Source: Burkholderiales bacterium RIFCSPLOWO2_12_FULL_61_40 (GTDB taxonomy: Bacteria; Pseudomonadota; Gammaproteobacteria; Burkholderiales; Burkholderiaceae_C). From it: 64,000 bases of DNA. Location: positions 106-64,105 of the forward strand of contig MESI01000022.1 in NCBI GenBank assembly GCA_001770935.1. The letters run 5' to 3'. Positions within the stretch are counted from its first letter, which is position 1, and each line of letters opens with the position of its first letter. The translations under genes and the position numbers were made by a program. Positions 16,588 to 26,710 of the stretch are shown here, in pieces. The notes under the pieces are model-generated. The model did no database searches and was not told the DNA's origin. It was given only the letters and a program-made list of their open reading frames with translations.

Positions 16588-19116
16588 CTAAACTTCCACG
16601 TAAATGCGTGTACCGTGGCCCACCGCGGACTCCAGCCGGAAGCTGCCTCCGGCAAATTCGACCGTTTCACGCATATTGAGCAGCCCCAGGCCGACCCGGT
16701 GCGTGCTGTGGTTCATTTTCTCCTGGTCAAAGCCGCAGCCGTCGTCGGAAATGGTCAGCATGCGCGGCTGCGAGTCCAGTTGCAAGCGTATCTCTGCGCT
16801 GTGCGCCTTGGCGTGTTTGGCGCAGTTGGTCAGGGCCTCTTGCACCACGCGAAACAGCAATAGTTCCAAATCGGCTTGCAAACGGATTTCACCGTGGGGG
16901 CAGCTCACATGCACCTGGATGGCGGTGCGCTTGGCAAACTGCTGGGCGTAGCTTTGCACCACGCCAAACAATCCGCCGCGCTCGATGGCGGGCGGGTGCA
17001 GGCCCGCGCAAATTTCCCGAATGCTCATGGTGGTGTCTTCAATCAGGGCGCGGGTGTCGTCAATGCGGTCGGCAAAGTCCTGGGTATTGGGGTGCTGCTG
17101 CCGGGTGTGGGCGATGATGTCCAGGTTAATGCGCAGGGCCGCCAGATTGGGGCTGGTGCGGTCATGCAATTCCTGCGAAAAGCGCAGGCGGGTGTCCTCT
17201 TGTGTGCGCACCAGTCGGCGCGACAGTTCTTCGATGCGAACCGACAGGCTCAAGCGGTTTTTCTCCCGCTTTTTGTCCTCGGTGATGTCTTCCTTGAGTG
17301 CGACATAGTGGGTCACCTGTCCGGCAGGATTGAGTACCGGTGCAATCACGGCCCGCTCCACAAAGAGGTCGCCATTTTTGGTGCGGTTGTGCAACTCTCC
17401 ACGCCAGACGCGTTGCGCTTCAAGGGCATGCCACAAGCCGTGGTACACCTCGGGTGGGGTCAGGCCAGATTTGAGAAAGCGGGGATTTTGACCCAGCACT
17501 TCGTGTGCGGCGTATCCCGTTTTGTCCGAGAAATAGGGGTTGGTGTATTCAATAGTGCCTTGCAGGTCGGTAATCATGATGGACAGCGGAGCCTGCTCAG
17601 CCACACGGGACAATTTGCGCAGCAGCTCCCCCGCCAATTTGCGTTCGGTGGTGTCGGAGCGGGAAATCACCACCCCTTGCCGGTCCGGCCCTAGGGGCGT
17701 CACACTCATGTAAAACCAGTGCAGTTGTTGGCGCGCCTGCACCGGGTATTCTGCGGTGTACGCGGGTTCGGCGCCGTCCAGCACCGCCTGGATGCCCCTG
17801 TGCAGCACCTGCGGGTTGATGCCCTCATTGATCTCCTGGCAATCCTGAATCAGTGCCAGGCAGTCCGCGCCGATGGTGATGCCTTCTTCACCGGGGGCGC
17901 AGGCCTTTGCGGCAAATTGTTGCCAGGGCTGGTTGACTGCCACCACCCGACCGTTCGGGTCCAGCACGGCAATCTGCGCCGCAACCGAGTCCAGGGTGTT
18001 TTGGTTCAAGGCGACGCTGGCAATCAGGGCATCGTTGCGCTGCTTCAAGGTCATGAGCAAGCGGTTGAAGCCGTCGATCAAGGTATCGATTTCATACTGC
18101 TGTGTCAGCGGCAAGGGGCGTAGGGACTGTTCTGAACGGGTTTGGTTTGCCAGCGTTTTAACGGTGCCGACCAGGGGAGCCAATTGGCGTTTCAGAATCC
18201 ACCACGTCAGCAGCCCCGCCAGGAGCGTTAAAAATACCGTGGCGATCCGTATGCGGTGCTGTTGCTCGCGCACGGGGGCGAAGGCCTCCTCGGTGGGCAG
18301 CATGACCGACATGCTCCAGTTGGCCAAGGGAATGTGTTTGTTGGAGACCAGTACCTCCACACCATGGGGGTCCATGCTGATGTCCGACCCCTCTTGGTCG
18401 CGCATGACCTGCGCCACGGCAGGGTAACTGCTGGCGGGTTGTAGGCTGCCCGCCGTACTGGGCATGTCGGACGCGGTGACCACCTGACGCTGTTGCCGCG
18501 AAAACAGAAGGTATCCCCCGGTTTGGCCATACCGGTTTTGGGCGATATTGGTTAAAAAATTGCTGCTGCTCAGCACAATCACCCCGACCAGGGCGCCCAC
18601 CGGCTGGCCTTGTGGGTTGCGCAGGGGCACCGCCACGCGGATGCTTGGGGGTGCGCTGTCAGACAAGGCGATAAGGCGCGGCTCGGCCGCTGCCAAAAAC
18701 GCCGACAGGTGTGCCGCATCTGCGGCCTTGCTGACCAGCGTTTGATGGGTGGGGGTGACCGAAGCCACAGGGACACCGTCCAGGCGCGTGGCGAAGGTGC
18801 CCCCGTTGAACAGGTTTTGAAACACCGGGAGCTGGGCCATCAAATGTTGCAGTGCCAGAGGTTTGTCCAGAAGGGCGGGCGCAATGGTGGCGGAAATCTG
18901 CTGCAATGCGTCCAGCCGGATGCCTAGTTCCCGATCAATGTTCGCGGCAATGAACGAAGCCGTGGAAAACTGTTGTTCGCCCAGCTGGTGCTGCATGTCC
19001 AGGCGCAGCATGCGCCCGGCATACAGGGAGAGAGACCACATGCTGGCCATAAATATGGCCAGCGTCAGCAGCGGTACGCGGGTGGACAGCGAATGCCACG
19101 GGAATTTCAGTGCCAT
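16588..19116 (-). CDS. Hybrid-architecture sensor histidine kinase (periplasmic Cache-like domain, HAMP, 2 PAS, HisKA_3, HATPase)
   Basis: 842 aa. Two TM segments flank a ~270-aa periplasmic domain. PAS repeats, H-box ELHDRTSPNLAAL, and C-terminal HATPase (DDGCGFD...GLGLLNMRE). Confidence 0.85.
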   Translation of the reverse strand: MALKFPWHSLSTRVPLLTLAIFMASMWSLSLYAGRMLRLDMQHQLGEQQFSTASFIAANIDRELGIRLDALQQISATIAPALLDKPLALQHLMAQLPVFQNLFNGGTFATRLDGVPVASVTPTHQTLVSKAADAAHLSAFLAAAEPRLIALSDSAPPSIRVAVPLRNPQGQPVGALVGVIVLSSSNFLTNIAQNRYGQTGGYLLFSRQQRQVVTASDMPSTAGSLQPASSYPAVAQVMRDQEGSDISMDPHGVEVLVSNKHIPLANWSMSVMLPTEEAFAPVREQQHRIRIATVFLTLLAGLLTWWILKRQLAPLVGTVKTLANQTRSEQSLRPLPLTQQYEIDTLIDGFNRLLMTLKQRNDALIASVALNQNTLDSVAAQIAVLDPNGRVVAVNQPWQQFAAKACAPGEEGITIGADCLALIQDCQEINEGINPQVLHRGIQAVLDGAEPAYTAEYPVQARQQLHWFYMSVTPLGPDRQGVVISRSDTTERKLAGELLRKLSRVAEQAPLSIMITDLQGTIEYTNPYFSDKTGYAAHEVLGQNPRFLKSGLTPPEVYHGLWHALEAQRVWRGELHNRTKNGDLFVERAVIAPVLNPAGQVTHYVALKEDITEDKKREKNRLSLSVRIEELSRRLVRTQEDTRLRFSQELHDRTSPNLAALRINLDIIAHTRQQHPNTQDFADRIDDTRALIEDTTMSIREICAGLHPPAIERGGLFGVVQSYAQQFAKRTAIQVHVSCPHGEIRLQADLELLLFRVVQEALTNCAKHAKAHSAEIRLQLDSQPRMLTISDDGCGFDQEKMNHSTHRVGLGLLNMRETVEFAGGSFRLESAVGHGTRIYVEV

Positions 19117-19191
19117 GAGGGGAATGCTTCCTGTACCAAGGTTGCTCCTGAAAATATAGCTGCCTACGCCCGATGGATGCCGACTGGGAGG

Positions 19192-19995
19192 TTATTTCAA
19201 GAAGTTCACCAACGCTTGCAGCATGGGCTCGGGGGTTTCGTTCATCTGGTTATGGCCGCCGGGCAAATACGCCACTTGGGCGTTGCGGGCCTTGGCGATC
19301 AGCCCCTGGGCCGCTTTGGGGTGGGTCATCTGGTCCACCGCACCCAGCACAAACAGCACCGGGCAGGTGACCTGCGCCATGGCCTCTTCGCCGTGGGTGT
19401 AGCGGTCACAGGCCTGGAAACCGGCGTGAAACACATTCACCTTGGGGTTGCTGGCCAGCACGCGCCGCCCCAGGGCCATGGACGCCCCATACACCCAGGT
19501 GCCCGGCCCCAGCGCGGAAGGGGGCGGTGCCAGCGTGGAGCGCGAAAAAATATTGATCATCTCCAGCGCGCGCAGAGGCTCATGCTGGGAGGCTTCCAGC
19601 AGCGCAGGGGAGACCGGCATCGGAAAGGCCGTGCCCACCAGCACCAGCTGGCTTACCCGATCCGGCACCCGGCCCGCCGTCTCCAGCGCAATCAGGGAGC
19701 CAAAGCTGTGGCCCACCAGAACGGCTTTTTCCAGCCCGGCGGCCTGCATCAAGGCGATTACAAAATCGGCCGCTTCTTCCACCGTGGCGGGCGGGGCCCC
19801 GGCGCTGCGGCAGTGGCCCGGCAGGTCCACCGCCAGCACGTTCCAGCCATGATTGGCCAGGTAGCGGGTTTGCAAAACCCATACGCTGTGGTCGTTCAGC
19901 ACCCCATGGACGAAAACGATGGTGGGCTTGGCGGCGTCAAAGGCCTTGCCGCCGGTGTAGCAATAGGTGTTGTGTCCGTTGACGGTGAAGTTCAT
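19192..19995 (-). CDS. Alpha/beta-fold hydrolase
   Basis: From internal Met (MNFTVNGHNTYCY...). HGVLNDHSVW, nucleophile elbow GHSFGS, and C-terminal GGHNQM. Confidence 0.8.
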   Translation of the reverse strand: MNFTVNGHNTYCYTGGKAFDAAKPTIVFVHGVLNDHSVWVLQTRYLANHGWNVLAVDLPGHCRSAGAPPATVEEAADFVIALMQAAGLEKAVLVGHSFGSLIALETAGRVPDRVSQLVLVGTAFPMPVSPALLEASQHEPLRALEMINIFSRSTLAPPPSALGPGTWVYGASMALGRRVLASNPKVNVFHAGFQACDRYTHGEEAMAQVTCPVLFVLGAVDQMTHPKAAQGLIAKARNAQVAYLPGGHNQMNETPEPMLQALVNFLK

Positions 19996-20041
19996 ATTTT
20001 TTCCAGTTGAGGACAGAGCTGAAGGTCTGTCCCGCAAAGTT

Positions 20042-21334
20042 TCAGATTTTCTCTGCTGCTTTTAATGCCCGTTTGAGGTCGTCGATCAAATCGTCCGGGT
20101 CTTCCAGGCCGATGGACAGGCGAATCGTGCCTTGGGTAATGCCGCCGGCCGCCAGCGCCTCGTCGGCCATGCGGAAGTGGGTGGTGCTGGCCGGGTGAAT
20201 CACCAGGCTGCGGCAGTCACCCACATTGGCCAGGTGGCTGAAGATTTTGAGGGTTTCGACGAATTTTTTGCCTTGTTCGCGGCTGCCTTTGAGGTCGAAA
20301 CTGAACACCGAACCCGCCCCGCGCGGCAGCAGCTTTTGCGCCAAGGCGTGGCTGGGGTGGCTTTCCAACAGCGGATGGCACACCCGCGACACAAAATCGT
20401 GGCTGGCCAGAAACTCCACCACCTTGGCGGTATTGGCCATGTGGCGCTCCATGCGCAGCGACAGGGTTTCTATGCCTTGCAAAATCAGCCAGGCCGAATG
20501 CGGGCTCATGCAAGCGCCAAAGTCGCGCAGGCCTTCGCGGCGGGCGCGCAGCAAAAACGCACCTACGGTCGATTCCTCGCTGAACACCATGTGGTGAAAG
20601 CCGTCGTAGGGCTCGGTCAGCTCGGGGAATTTACCGGACCGGTCCCAGTCAAAGCGGCCGCCGTCCACCACAATGCCGCCAATCACCGTGCCGTGGCCGC
20701 TCAAAAACTTGGTGGCCGAGTGGTAGACCAGATCGGCCCCGTGGTCGAACGGCTTGATGAGCCAGGGCGAAGTGAGGGTGGAGTCCACCAGCAGCGGCAC
20801 ACCGGCTTCGTGGGCTATTGCAGAGACGGTTGCAATGTCCAATACATCCAGCCCGGGGTTGCCCACGGTTTCACCGAAAAACAGTTTGGTGTTGGGGCGC
20901 ACCGCCGCACGCCAGCCGTCGATGTCGCCGGGTTTTACAAAGGTGGTCTCGATGCCAAAACGGCGCAGCGTGTAGTGCAGCAGGTTTTGCGATCCCCCAT
21001 ACAGGGCCGTGCTGGCGACGATGTGTGCGCCCGCACCCATCAGCGTGGCAATGCTCAGGTGCAAGGCGGCCTGGCCGCTGGCAGTGCTGATAGCGCCAAT
21101 GCCGCCTTCCAGTGCCGACACCCGCTGCTCCAGCACCGCATTGGTCGGGTTGCTGATGCGCGAGTACACATGGCCCGCACGTTCCAGGTTAAACAGCGAC
21201 GCCGCGTGGTCGCTGGACTCGAACACAAAGGAGGTGGTGAGGTGGATGGGCACTGCGCGCGCGCCCGTGGCGTCGGGGGCAGCGCCCGCGTGCAAGGCGA
21301 GCGTGTCGAAACTGGGGTCGGCGTAGCCGGGCAT
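20042..21334 (-). CDS. metY: O-acetylhomoserine aminocarboxypropyltransferase/sulfhydrylase
   Basis: 430 aa. Cys/Met-metabolism PLP enzyme (HSATKFLSGHG Lys site, FDTLALHAG N-terminus). Confidence 0.9.
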   Translation of the reverse strand: MPGYADPSFDTLALHAGAAPDATGARAVPIHLTTSFVFESSDHAASLFNLERAGHVYSRISNPTNAVLEQRVSALEGGIGAISTASGQAALHLSIATLMGAGAHIVASTALYGGSQNLLHYTLRRFGIETTFVKPGDIDGWRAAVRPNTKLFFGETVGNPGLDVLDIATVSAIAHEAGVPLLVDSTLTSPWLIKPFDHGADLVYHSATKFLSGHGTVIGGIVVDGGRFDWDRSGKFPELTEPYDGFHHMVFSEESTVGAFLLRARREGLRDFGACMSPHSAWLILQGIETLSLRMERHMANTAKVVEFLASHDFVSRVCHPLLESHPSHALAQKLLPRGAGSVFSFDLKGSREQGKKFVETLKIFSHLANVGDCRSLVIHPASTTHFRMADEALAAGGITQGTIRLSIGLEDPDDLIDDLKRALKAAEKI

Positions 21335-21436
21335 AGGATTCTCCGGAGGGTGAAAAGTGCTGAAGTCAGCAAAGTTTGTGGGATTGTGGGCTATATTTCA
21401 CTGACATTTCCAAACTAGGCGTCATGAGGAATCACC

Positions 21437-21895
21437 ATGAAAGTTAGCGATATCTTGCGCGTAAAGGGCGGCACGCTTTTTACCATCACACCGGAAGACT
21501 CTTTGGCAGACGCAGCGAAGTCCATGGCCGAGAAGGACATTGGCTCCCTGGTGGTGATGTCCCACGGCCGGGTGGTGGGGATGCTCACCTTTCGGGAAGT
21601 CATCCAGGCGGTGGTCAAAAACGGCGGTACTTTTGGCAGCACCACGGTGTACCGAGCCATGGACTCGGGTCCGCTGATCTGCACCATGGAAACCGAAATG
21701 GACGAAGTGCGCCGCATGATGCTGGAGCGCCACGCCCGCTACATGCCCGTCATCAACAACAGCCTGTTGATGGGCGTGATCAGTTTTTATGACGTGGCCA
21801 AGACGGTGGTCGACAGCCAGAACTTTGAGAACAAGATGCTCAAAGCCTACATTCGCGACTGGCCGGATGGCGAAGAGCCTAAGCCAGCTGCCTGA
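21437..21895 (+). CDS. CBS-pair domain protein
   Basis: 152 aa. Two CBS repeats (MKVSDILRVKGG...IGSLVVM; ...MPVINNSLLMGVISFYDV). Confidence 0.8.
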   Translation: MKVSDILRVKGGTLFTITPEDSLADAAKSMAEKDIGSLVVMSHGRVVGMLTFREVIQAVVKNGGTFGSTTVYRAMDSGPLICTMETEMDEVRRMMLERHARYMPVINNSLLMGVISFYDVAKTVVDSQNFENKMLKAYIRDWPDGEEPKPAA

Positions 21896-21926
21896 AGCGG
21901 CGTTCGCTCTGGGATAATCCCCGCCC

Positions 21927-23021
21927 ATGAGCGGCAATACCTTCGGACACCTTTTCGCAGTCACCAACTTTGGTGAATCCCACGGCCCAGCCATTGGCTG
22001 CGTGATTGACGGCTGCCCCCCGGGGCTGGACTTGTGCGAGGCCGACATCCAGGGGGACCTGGACCGTCGTCGGCCCGGCACCTCCAAGTTTGTCACCCAG
22101 CGCAACGAACCCGACGCCGTCAAGATTCTCAGCGGCGTGTACCAGGGCAAGACCACCGGCACCCCCATCGCCCTGCTGATCGAAAACACCGACCAGCGCT
22201 CCAAGGACTATGGGCAAATCCTGGAAACCTTCCGTCCCGGCCACGCCGACTACACCTATTTCCAGAAATACGGCATCCGCGACCCCCGTGGCGGTGGACG
22301 CTCCAGCGCCCGGCTGACCGCCCCCATGGTGGCCGCCGGTGCGGTGGCCAAAAAATGGCTCAAGGAAAAATACGGCACCGAGTTTCGCGGCTGCATGACG
22401 CAGATCGGCGAGATGCCGATTGCCTTCGAGTCGTGGGACCATGTGCCCCACAACCCCTTTTTCGCTCCTATTGCCGATGTCACGGCCCTGGAAGACTACA
22501 TGGAGGCCCTGCGCAAGGCGCACGACTCCTGCGGCGCCCGCATTCGCGTCAGCGCCTCCAACGTGCCCGTGGGTTTGGGCGAACCCCTGTTTGACAAGAT
22601 GGACGCCGACATCGCCTACGCCATGATGGGCATCAACGCCGTCAAAGGCGTGGAGATCGGTGCCGGTTTTGCCAGCGTGGCGCAGCGCGGCACCGTGCAC
22701 GGCGATTCGCTGACTCCGCAGGGTTTTGCCAGCAACAACGCCGGTGGCGTGCTGGGCGGCATTTCTACCGGGCAAGACCTGGAGGTGAGCATTGCCATCA
22801 AGCCCACCAGCTCCATCCTCTCGCCGCGCGACTCCATCGACATGGCCGGTAATCCCAGCCAGGTGGTAACCAAGGGCCGCCACGACCCCTGCGTGGGCAT
22901 TCGGGCCACCCCCATTGCCGAGGCCATGCTGGCCCTGGTGGTGATGGACCATGCCCTGCGCCAACGTGCACAGTGCGGCGATGTGCGTACTGCCTTGGCC
23001 CCGATTGCGGCCCATATTTAA
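21927..23021 (+). CDS. aroC: Chorismate synthase
   Basis: 364 aa. [47 protein letters not shown] motifs. Confidence 0.95.
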   Translation: MSGNTFGHLFAVTNFGESHGPAIGCVIDGCPPGLDLCEADIQGDLDRRRPGTSKFVTQRNEPDAVKILSGVYQGKTTGTPIALLIENTDQRSKDYGQILETFRPGHADYTYFQKYGIRDPRGGGRSSARLTAPMVAAGAVAKKWLKEKYGTEFRGCMTQIGEMPIAFESWDHVPHNPFFAPIADVTALEDYMEALRKAHDSCGARIRVSASNVPVGLGEPLFDKMDADIAYAMMGINAVKGVEIGAGFASVAQRGTVHGDSLTPQGFASNNAGGVLGGISTGQDLEVSIAIKPTSSILSPRDSIDMAGNPSQVVTKGRHDPCVGIRATPIAEAMLALVVMDHALRQRAQCGDVRTALAPIAAHI

Positions 23022-23112
23022 TGCCAAAAGTGCCTGCAGCCCTTTAAATATGTGCGCAAGCAGCTATTAAAACCATAGCGACTGCGAGGTCGCTTGTACC
23101 CGGAATCCGACC

Positions 23113-23568
23113 ATGAAAACCGCCCTGATCCTCAACGGCCCCAACCTCAACCTGCTGGGCACCCGCGAACCCCATGTCTACGGCGCCCAAACGCTGGACG
23201 ATGTGCAGGCCCTGTGCGAGCGCGCCTGCATGGCCAACGGCTTTGCCATGGATTTCCGACAAACCAACCACGAAGGCACCTTGGTGGACTGGTTGCACGA
23301 GGCCGGCCGCCTGCACACCGCGGGCACCTTGGCGGGTGTGATCCTGAACGCCGGCGCCTACACCCACACCAGCGTGGCCCTGCATGACGCCATCAAGGGC
23401 ACGGGCATCACCCTGATTGAGCTGCACATCAGCAATGTGCACGCCCGCGAAGCCTTCCGCCACCACTCCTACATCTCACCGGCCGCCAAGGCGGTGATGG
23501 CGGGGTTTGGGGTGAACGGCTATGCGCTGGCGGTGGCGGGGTTAGCGGGGATGTTGGATACCAAATAG
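23113..23568 (+). CDS. aroQ: Type II 3-dehydroquinate dehydratase
   Basis: 151 aa. [53 protein letters not shown]. Confidence 0.95.
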   Translation: MKTALILNGPNLNLLGTREPHVYGAQTLDDVQALCERACMANGFAMDFRQTNHEGTLVDWLHEAGRLHTAGTLAGVILNAGAYTHTSVALHDAIKGTGITLIELHISNVHAREAFRHHSYISPAAKAVMAGFGVNGYALAVAGLAGMLDTK

Positions 23569-23588
23569 GCCTCTGGCACTTCGGGACT

Positions 23589-23676
23589 GGGGACGCAGTG
23601 GCATTCAGCTCCGTTCGTGTCCTCCGCCCTGCGGGCTCCTCCTTAACCTCACTGCGCTGAACGCCACTGCGTCCCC
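23589..23676. repeat. Long inverted repeat (21-bp arms, 1 mismatch, 46-nt spacer)
   Basis: GGGGACGCAGTGGCATTCAGC (23589-23609) versus GCTGAACGCCACTGCGTCCCC (23656-23676). The spacer contains a GCCC-tgc-GGGC mini-hairpin. Confidence 0.7.
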
Positions 23677-23745
23677 CGTCTGCAAGTGTGGTTGGTATGC
23701 ACAGGTATTCATGCATGGCATGCCAATACCGTTGGCTGCCGAAGA

Positions 23746-23833
23746 CCCTGGGGTAGATGGTGCAGCGAAGTAAAGGCGGAGGTCCGGGCGCAGCCCGGGC
23801 CGGGGGACATGAGCGGAGCCATCTACCCCAGGG
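23746..23833. repeat. Long inverted repeat (15-bp perfect arms, 58-nt spacer)
   Basis: CCCTGGGGTAGATGG (23746-23760) versus CCATCTACCCCAGGG (23819-23833). The spacer contains a CCGGGC-gca-GCCCGG hairpin. Confidence 0.7.
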
Positions 23834-23850
23834 GCATCGGCCCCGCACAA

Positions 23851-23935
23851 ATTTGGCCTTCATGTCGGCGCTGGTTTCGCGCATGGTTTTGATGACCTTG
23901 TCCAGGCTCACGAAGTGAGAGCCGTCGCCGCGCAG
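23851..23935 (-). pseudogene. 85-bp remnant/duplicate of the sdaA 3' region
   Basis: Aligns by eye to 24980-25064 with 5 transitions. Encodes ...[25 protein letters not shown], versus ...[25 protein letters not shown] in the intact gene. Similarity ends abruptly at 23850. Confidence 0.75.
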
Positions 23936-23960
23936 ACTGAAATTTGATTTGTCAACAGTC

Positions 23961-24067
23961 TTATTCCGTTTTCAGATCAATGGGAGATTAGGCGCCCCGA
24001 CGCAGGCAGTGCTTTAGCACGACAAGGAGGGGCAACGACATATCGCATTGATATGGAAATGGAATTA
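23961..24067 (-). mobile_element. MITE-like 101-bp element, copy B (core 23964-24064) with TTA/TTA flanks
   Basis: TTCCGTTTTCAGATCAATG...CATTGATATGGAAATGGAA termini. Flanking TTA at 23961-23963 and 24065-24067; the latter is the higA TAA stop on the minus strand. Confidence 0.8.
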
Positions 24068-24385
24068 GGCAGCTACCGAGTGCGCTTGAAGGCTGACATG
24101 CAGCCGCTCGCGCACGGCTCGAAAAATGGCAGCGAGGTTGTCCATGCTGGGATTGCCAGTGGGCGACAACATACGGTGCAAACTCTTGCTGGGCTTGGCG
24201 GTCAACAGTGCAAGTTGCTCAAAACCGATGGTGGCATTGACAAGATCACGCAGGATCAGGCGGGCAGTCTCTGGCTCGCCGTTGAGAAACAGTGTGGCGG
24301 CCTCATCCAAGAGCGCCTGCGCAAATGATGCGTCACTCTGCACGCGCTGAATGACGGTTTCTTTGAAATTTCTGGTCAGTGCCAT
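24065..24385 (-). CDS. higA: HigA-family antitoxin (addiction-module antidote, XRE-like HTH)
   Basis: 106 aa. MALTRNFKETVIQRVQSDASFAQALLDEA...SKSLHRMLSPTGNPSMDNLAAIFRAV. Lies downstream of the toxin, as in higBA. Confidence 0.8.
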   Translation of the reverse strand: MALTRNFKETVIQRVQSDASFAQALLDEAATLFLNGEPETARLILRDLVNATIGFEQLALLTAKPSKSLHRMLSPTGNPSMDNLAAIFRAVRERLHVSLQAHSVAA

Positions 24386-24390
24386 GGCTT

Positions 24391-24747
24391 TTACCCCTTG
24401 TGTTTGCTAGTCGATTTGGCGCTCATCGCCCTTTTGCGGGTCTTGTACTCAGCCAACAATTCCTTGGCTTTATCGATGTCCCGTTGCTGGCCCCGCTTGG
24501 TACCGCCGCCAAACAGAACAATGAGGGTGTCGCCATCTTTTGCGAGGTAGATACGGTAACCGGGTCCCCAGTCGATAACGTATTCACCCAAGCCGTCGAA
24601 CCACTTGATGCTTGATGTATTCCCCAACTCCATTCGCAGTTTGGCCACGGTTACCTTCGCGGCGGCCTGCGAGGACAGACCGTCAAACCAATGCTTGTAT
24701 GGGTTTGATGCATCCTCACGGAGGTATTCTTCAACTTTGATCACCAT
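24391..24747 (-). CDS. higB: HigB/RelE-family toxin (addiction-module killer protein)
   Basis: 118 aa. ...SNPYKHWFDGLSSQAAAKVTVAKLRMELGNTSSIKWFDGLGEYVIDWGPGYRIYLAKDGDTLIVLFGGGTKRGQQRDIDKA. Confidence 0.8.
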   Translation of the reverse strand: MVIKVEEYLREDASNPYKHWFDGLSSQAAAKVTVAKLRMELGNTSSIKWFDGLGEYVIDWGPGYRIYLAKDGDTLIVLFGGGTKRGQQRDIDKAKELLAEYKTRKRAMSAKSTSKHKG

Positions 24748-24754
24748 AGTTTAT

Positions 24755-24772
24755 GGTAACACATAAGTTACC
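24755..24772. promoter_or_regulatory. Inverted repeat GGTAAC-N6-GTTACC upstream of higB (candidate operator)
   Basis: Lies 8 nt upstream of the higB ATG, in a low-GC spacer. Confidence 0.3.
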
Positions 24773-24929
24773 TATGGATCCGAGAGCTATTGAAGTTCGA
24801 GGCACCCCATAGGGCTATAGGCGTTGAAGCTGGGCCGCCAGAAAGCGCACATTTGTGAATGTCGCTGCACAGGAGCCGTTCAAACTGCGCTCTAGATCCG
24901 TGTGTTCACGACTTGAATTGCATGGAGTT

Positions 24930-26321
<1,392 letters not shown>

Positions 26322-26323
26322 GG

Positions 26324-26710
26324 TTAGCTCTCTAATTGTTGTTTTGCCCATGAGAGGACCGGCGACAGCAGGCCATCGAGATCCTCACGCGTCATGGAGG
26401 ATGCGATTTCATCGTCGTAACGATATTCCACCGCAAACGGATTGAGTGTGCGAAATTCATCGACGGAAACGGGCAGTGCCACGCCATCCTCCAGCAAGGC
26501 ATGGGCCAGCGCTGCCAGATCGTGCGTACGCCGCACTTCCATACTGCGCCGGACACAAACGGCTTTCAGCGCCTTTTCTATCGCCTGTTGGGCATGAAAT
26601 CCGAGTGCGGCGACCGAGGCTTTGGGCAAAGGCCGCAGCAAGTCAAAGGTGTCTTGGTCCCGAAGTGCCAAGCGCAGCAAGCGGTGGGCTTCCTCAAGCG
26701 CGGGTGTCAT
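26324..26710 (-). CDS. HEPN-domain protein (toxin of a HEPN-MNT module)
   Basis: 128 aa. ...[13 protein letters not shown]...RRTHDLAAL (R-x4-H HEPN motif). The stop lies 2 nt from the sdaA ATG. Confidence 0.8.
   Translation of the reverse strand: MTPALEEAHRLLRLALRDQDTFDLLRPLPKASVAALGFHAQQAIEKALKAVCVRRSMEVRRTHDLAALAHALLEDGVALPVSVDEFRTLNPFAVEYRYDDEIASSMTREDLDGLLSPVLSWAKQQLES

Noticed and set aside
23429-23911. 160-aa minus-strand ORF starting [21 protein letters not shown]...
   Set aside because: Only its first ~20 residues are meaningful; they come from the sdaA 3' remnant. The rest is read-through across the inverted-repeat block into the aroQ antisense. It is a chimeric artefact.
23569-23935. 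Retron msr/msd or DGR template/variable-repeat interpretation of the inverted-repeat block and the duplicated 85-bp sdaA segment.
   Set aside because: No reverse transcriptase gene is nearby. The 5 differences between the 85-bp copies are ordinary transitions, not adenine-specific substitutions.
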